A stretch of DNA of 64,000 bases from Raja brachyura. Its lineage: Eukaryota. Of this stretch, positions 60,986 to 64,000 are shown in pieces (the stretch's first letter is position 1; each line of letters begins with the position of its first letter). The translations under genes were made by a program, and so were the position numbers. Where the stretch lies: assembly GCA_963514005.1 (NCBI GenBank), contig OY740814.1:11222001-11286000 (forward strand), in the 5' to 3' direction. The notes beneath the pieces were generated by a model. It saw only the letters and a list, made by a program, of their open reading frames with translations. It searched no databases and was not told where the DNA came from.

Positions 60986-61914
60986 GAATACAACAAGATC
61001 TCCTTCCTCCCAGAATGACACTGTCAAATGGGAACCATGTTGGTCCCTGTGTTGTCAGTGAAACTTCTAACACCTCTCTTAAGATGTTACTGGAAGGGGA
61101 CAAATTATTTTTGGAACAGGATGGAATTTCTGAAAAAGCTTTCTGTTGGCTGTGAAGTGGTTCCCCTCAGACAGACACAGATGTAGGTCCTGCTGAGCAG
61201 AATGAGGATGGGCCCAATCCACGTATCCCAGACGTGCGAGTGAGAAGATCCCCGCGGCGCTGGCACCCATTGCTGAAGGCGTGGCTAGATTTCGTGAACC
61301 ACGTCTCCATAACTTACTTTGTGCTTCTGTGCAGTTTGGCCAACGTCATGCTGGAACCATCCCTTGGCACGACATGTGAATGGTTGTGGTCGTGAGAGTG
61401 AAGGCATTGTCCTGCCTGTGGTGCGGCTCCGTTCTTGTTGGGGTGGAACAGTGTAACCAAACACTGCTGTGTTGCTGGGTGTGAGTCTGGGAGTCTATGT
61501 TGGTGCTCGATCCAGGGGTGTGTCTTTCCCGTCCAGGGGCAGTGCCGCCAGTGGATGCCATCTGGCCCTCCATCCTTCTCTGGGCACCAATTTCAAGTGG
61601 AAAAGGGGTTTAAGGAAAGGGGGCGAATTGTAACCACTGCAGCAAGAGTGGAAGCTCAATTAGTAGTTCAGGAAAAAGATAAAAATAAACCCAAACAAAA
61701 GGCGGCATTAGGGCATTTTCAACAGCAGTACACATTTAATCTAAACACAGTAAATTCTCTTTTGTCTTTTTCCAGGATGCCTAGCAACCCTGGAGTCGCT
61801 TTGTAAAGATGATTAAAAACAGGACAGATTCTGCCACATTTACTTACGTCAGTCCTTCCACTGGCTGCAGGGAACCATCAGGAAAATGGGATCATTGCTG
61901 ACGTGGCCAGAGAT

Positions 61915-62302
61915 CAGCCACAGCCGATATCCATGCCATTCCCAGCCACCGAAAATATCCACAGCATTCCCAACCAGATCCCATTCCCAACTCAGCAGAT
62001 ATTTATCCTATTCCCACATCGAAAATATACACAGCAATCTCAGCCACAGTAGATATCCATCTCATTCCCAGCCCGCCGGAAATATTCATCACATTCCCGG
62101 GAACAGTGGATACCATCCCTTTCCTAGCAAGAGCAAATTTCAGACCCACTCCCAACAACAGCGGGTATCCATCCCATTCCCAGCAATGTAGATATATCCA
62201 TTGTATTCCCAACAACTACGGACATTAATCCCATTCCTCTTATCATTAAATTTCCAACCTATTCCCATCACAGCAGATATCTATCATATTCTCAACAAGA
62301 GC
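61915..62302. repeat. Degenerate ~28-bp minisatellite
   Basis: A recurring unit close to CATTCCCAGCAACAGCAGATATCCATCC, roughly 13-14 diverged copies. Confidence 0.75.
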
Positions 62303-62899
62303 ACACAGTAAGAGTCTTGTGGAATATTACAAACCCTGATTGTCCAAGGGCTCCACACCGTGAGTGCGAAACATGACCACCCTGGCTCCTCCTAGGATGA
62401 AACTACCTCCATTCCTTCACTACTGAGAAAGTCTTGTGGCTCAGTTTGCGTGTGGCGCCACCTTCTGACCCACTTAACCAACTCTCATATCATTTAACTA
62501 ATGCAATGAATGCAAATTGAATGAAGAACCAACTGGTTCTGCTTGCTACAGCAGTGAATGGATGGGCTGGCAGTGCTCTTTACTGTATAACATGAGTAAA
62601 GACGTCAGTACAGGAGATTTCAGAGTCACATCCACTCACGGATGAATGATTCAACCTAATGATGAACTATAAACCACAGGAACCATGAAATAGATTTTCC
62701 ACTGGTACATTTTGTTGCGGCCTTCATCTTATTTCTTTGTGAAATGCATCGATTACTTCTTTTAGCTGTATTATATCCAGTTTATTATATTCATAGTAAG
62801 GCACAATGGCACAGTGGTAGAGTTGCTGCCTTACAGCGCCAGAGACCCGGGTTCGAACCTGACTACAGGTGCTATCCGTACAGAGTTTTTACGTTCCCC

Positions 62900-63626
62900 C
62901 AGGTGGCGCCAGCAATTGCTACCTCGACAACAGTCTGTCTGTCCCTTTCTTCGTCAATGTTTCTGTAGTATGTGTTAAATGTATGTTTTTAATGCTCTTT
63001 AGCTTGTGTTTATGTGGGGGAGGGTGTTAGGGGAAACTTTTTCTAATCCCTTACCTCGACGGAGATGCGTTTTTTTTCTGTATCGTATATCTGTCCGCAC
63101 TGCGGCCTAACATCGAGGAGTTGGCGGCCTCTGCTGGAGACCGACTTCGAGGGCTCCACCACGGGAGCCCGCGGGACTTTCACATCGCGGAGCCAGCGAT
63201 CCCTTTGCCAGGGATCGACCTCTGAGCTCTCCCGCCGGTGCCTGCGGACTTTCACATCGCGGAACTCGGGGTCTCTGGTTAGAGACCGACTTCAGGTGCT
63301 CCATGCTGTAGGAGTTTCGACCGCTCCGAAGCGGGAAGCTTCAATCGCCCCGACGCGGAGGCTTCGACCGCCAGCTGCGGGAGCTTCGATCGCCCTGACG
63401 GATGGTTTAACTGCCCCGACCGCGGGAGAAAAATGAGGGAAGAAGATTAGACTTTATTGCCTTCCATCACAGTGAGGAATGTGGGGAATCAGCTGTGGTG
63501 GATGTTTATGTTAACTTTTATGAAGCTGTGTATCTTGTTGCTTTTTTTGTGTGTCTGTATGGTAATTCGCATATCACTGTACCTTAATTGGTACATGTGA
63601 CAATAAAAGACCTTTGAAACCTTTGA
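62900..63626 (+). mobile_element. ~730-bp non-coding retroposon with a Rex1/Babar-like 3' end
   Basis: CpG-rich, internally repetitive middle. It ends gtacatgtgacaataaaagacctttgaaacctttga. Confidence 0.6.
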
Positions 63627-63844
63627 TCAAGAAGGAACTGCAGATGCTGGAAAATCGAAGGTAGACAAAAGTGCTGGAGAAACTCAGCGGGTGCAGCAGC
63701 ATCTATGGAGCGAAGGAAACAGGTAACGTTTCGGGCCGAAACCCTGAAGGAAATAGGCAACGTTTCGGGCCGAAACGTTGCCTATTTCCTTCGCTCCATA
63801 GATGCTGCCGCACCCGCTGAGTTTCTCCAGCATATTTGTCTACC
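63627..63844. mobile_element. Fold-back Penelope-derived insert
   Basis: Inverted arms with a central near-perfect palindrome at 63746-63792. Confidence 0.87.
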
Positions 63845-64000
63845 TGTGAAACCTTGGGTTTTTTCTGGGTGCTCTGGTTTCCTTCCATATTCCAAAGGCG
63901 TGCAGGTTTGCAGATTAATTGGCTTCCATAATTATCCCTATTGCGTAGGATAGTGGTAGTGATGGTGGTCAGCGCAAACTCGGTGGGCCAAAGGGCCTGT

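Larger units (their letters stand above)
62800..64000 (+). mobile_element. V-SINE split by two insertions (left 62800-62899, right ~63844-64000)
   Basis: The V-domain is broken at acgttcccc|...|ctgtgaaacc. Confidence 0.85.

Noticed and set aside
61915-62302. CRISPR-like array
   Set aside because: The context is eukaryotic, the units are degenerate and contiguous, and there are no identical repeats with unique spacers and no cas genes.
29100-64000. Exons of a neighbouring gene downstream of ALDH1A2
   Set aside because: No ORF or splice-bounded segment resembles a protein I recognise. Small or non-coding exons cannot be excluded.

Overview
Vertebrate genomic DNA. The repeat content (V-SINE/HE1-type SINEs sharing 3' tails with CR1/HER1-type LINEs, Penelope remnants) points to a cartilaginous fish, probably a skate or ray (inference). 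Bases 986-25374 (+) hold the last eight coding exons of retinaldehyde dehydrogenase 2 (ALDH1A2/RALDH2). All junctions are GT-AG, the exons join to 1002 nt (333 codons + stop) and the catalytic motifs are intact. A probable long 3'UTR runs to about 29.1 kb, followed by about 35 kb of repeat-rich DNA in which I recognise no gene. Almost all ORF-track entries are spurious or transposon debris. The most notable non-genic signal is a family of more than 20 short (70-250 bp) Penelope-derived inserts. Many carry a minimal hammerhead-ribozyme core (CTGA-N-GA-A-GGGT-YTCG-RCCC-GAAAC-GTY), many fold back on themselves at that motif, and many have 12-15 bp target-site duplications (TSDs). Also present are a complete non-autonomous Helitron, a P-like MITE with an 8-bp TSD, two Harbinger-like MITEs, an unrecognised ~135-bp GAA-tailed SINE, an invertebrate-looking LINE RT fragment, several nested insertions and a 521-N assembly gap. 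Repeat boundaries were read by eye and are approximate unless a TSD is quoted.
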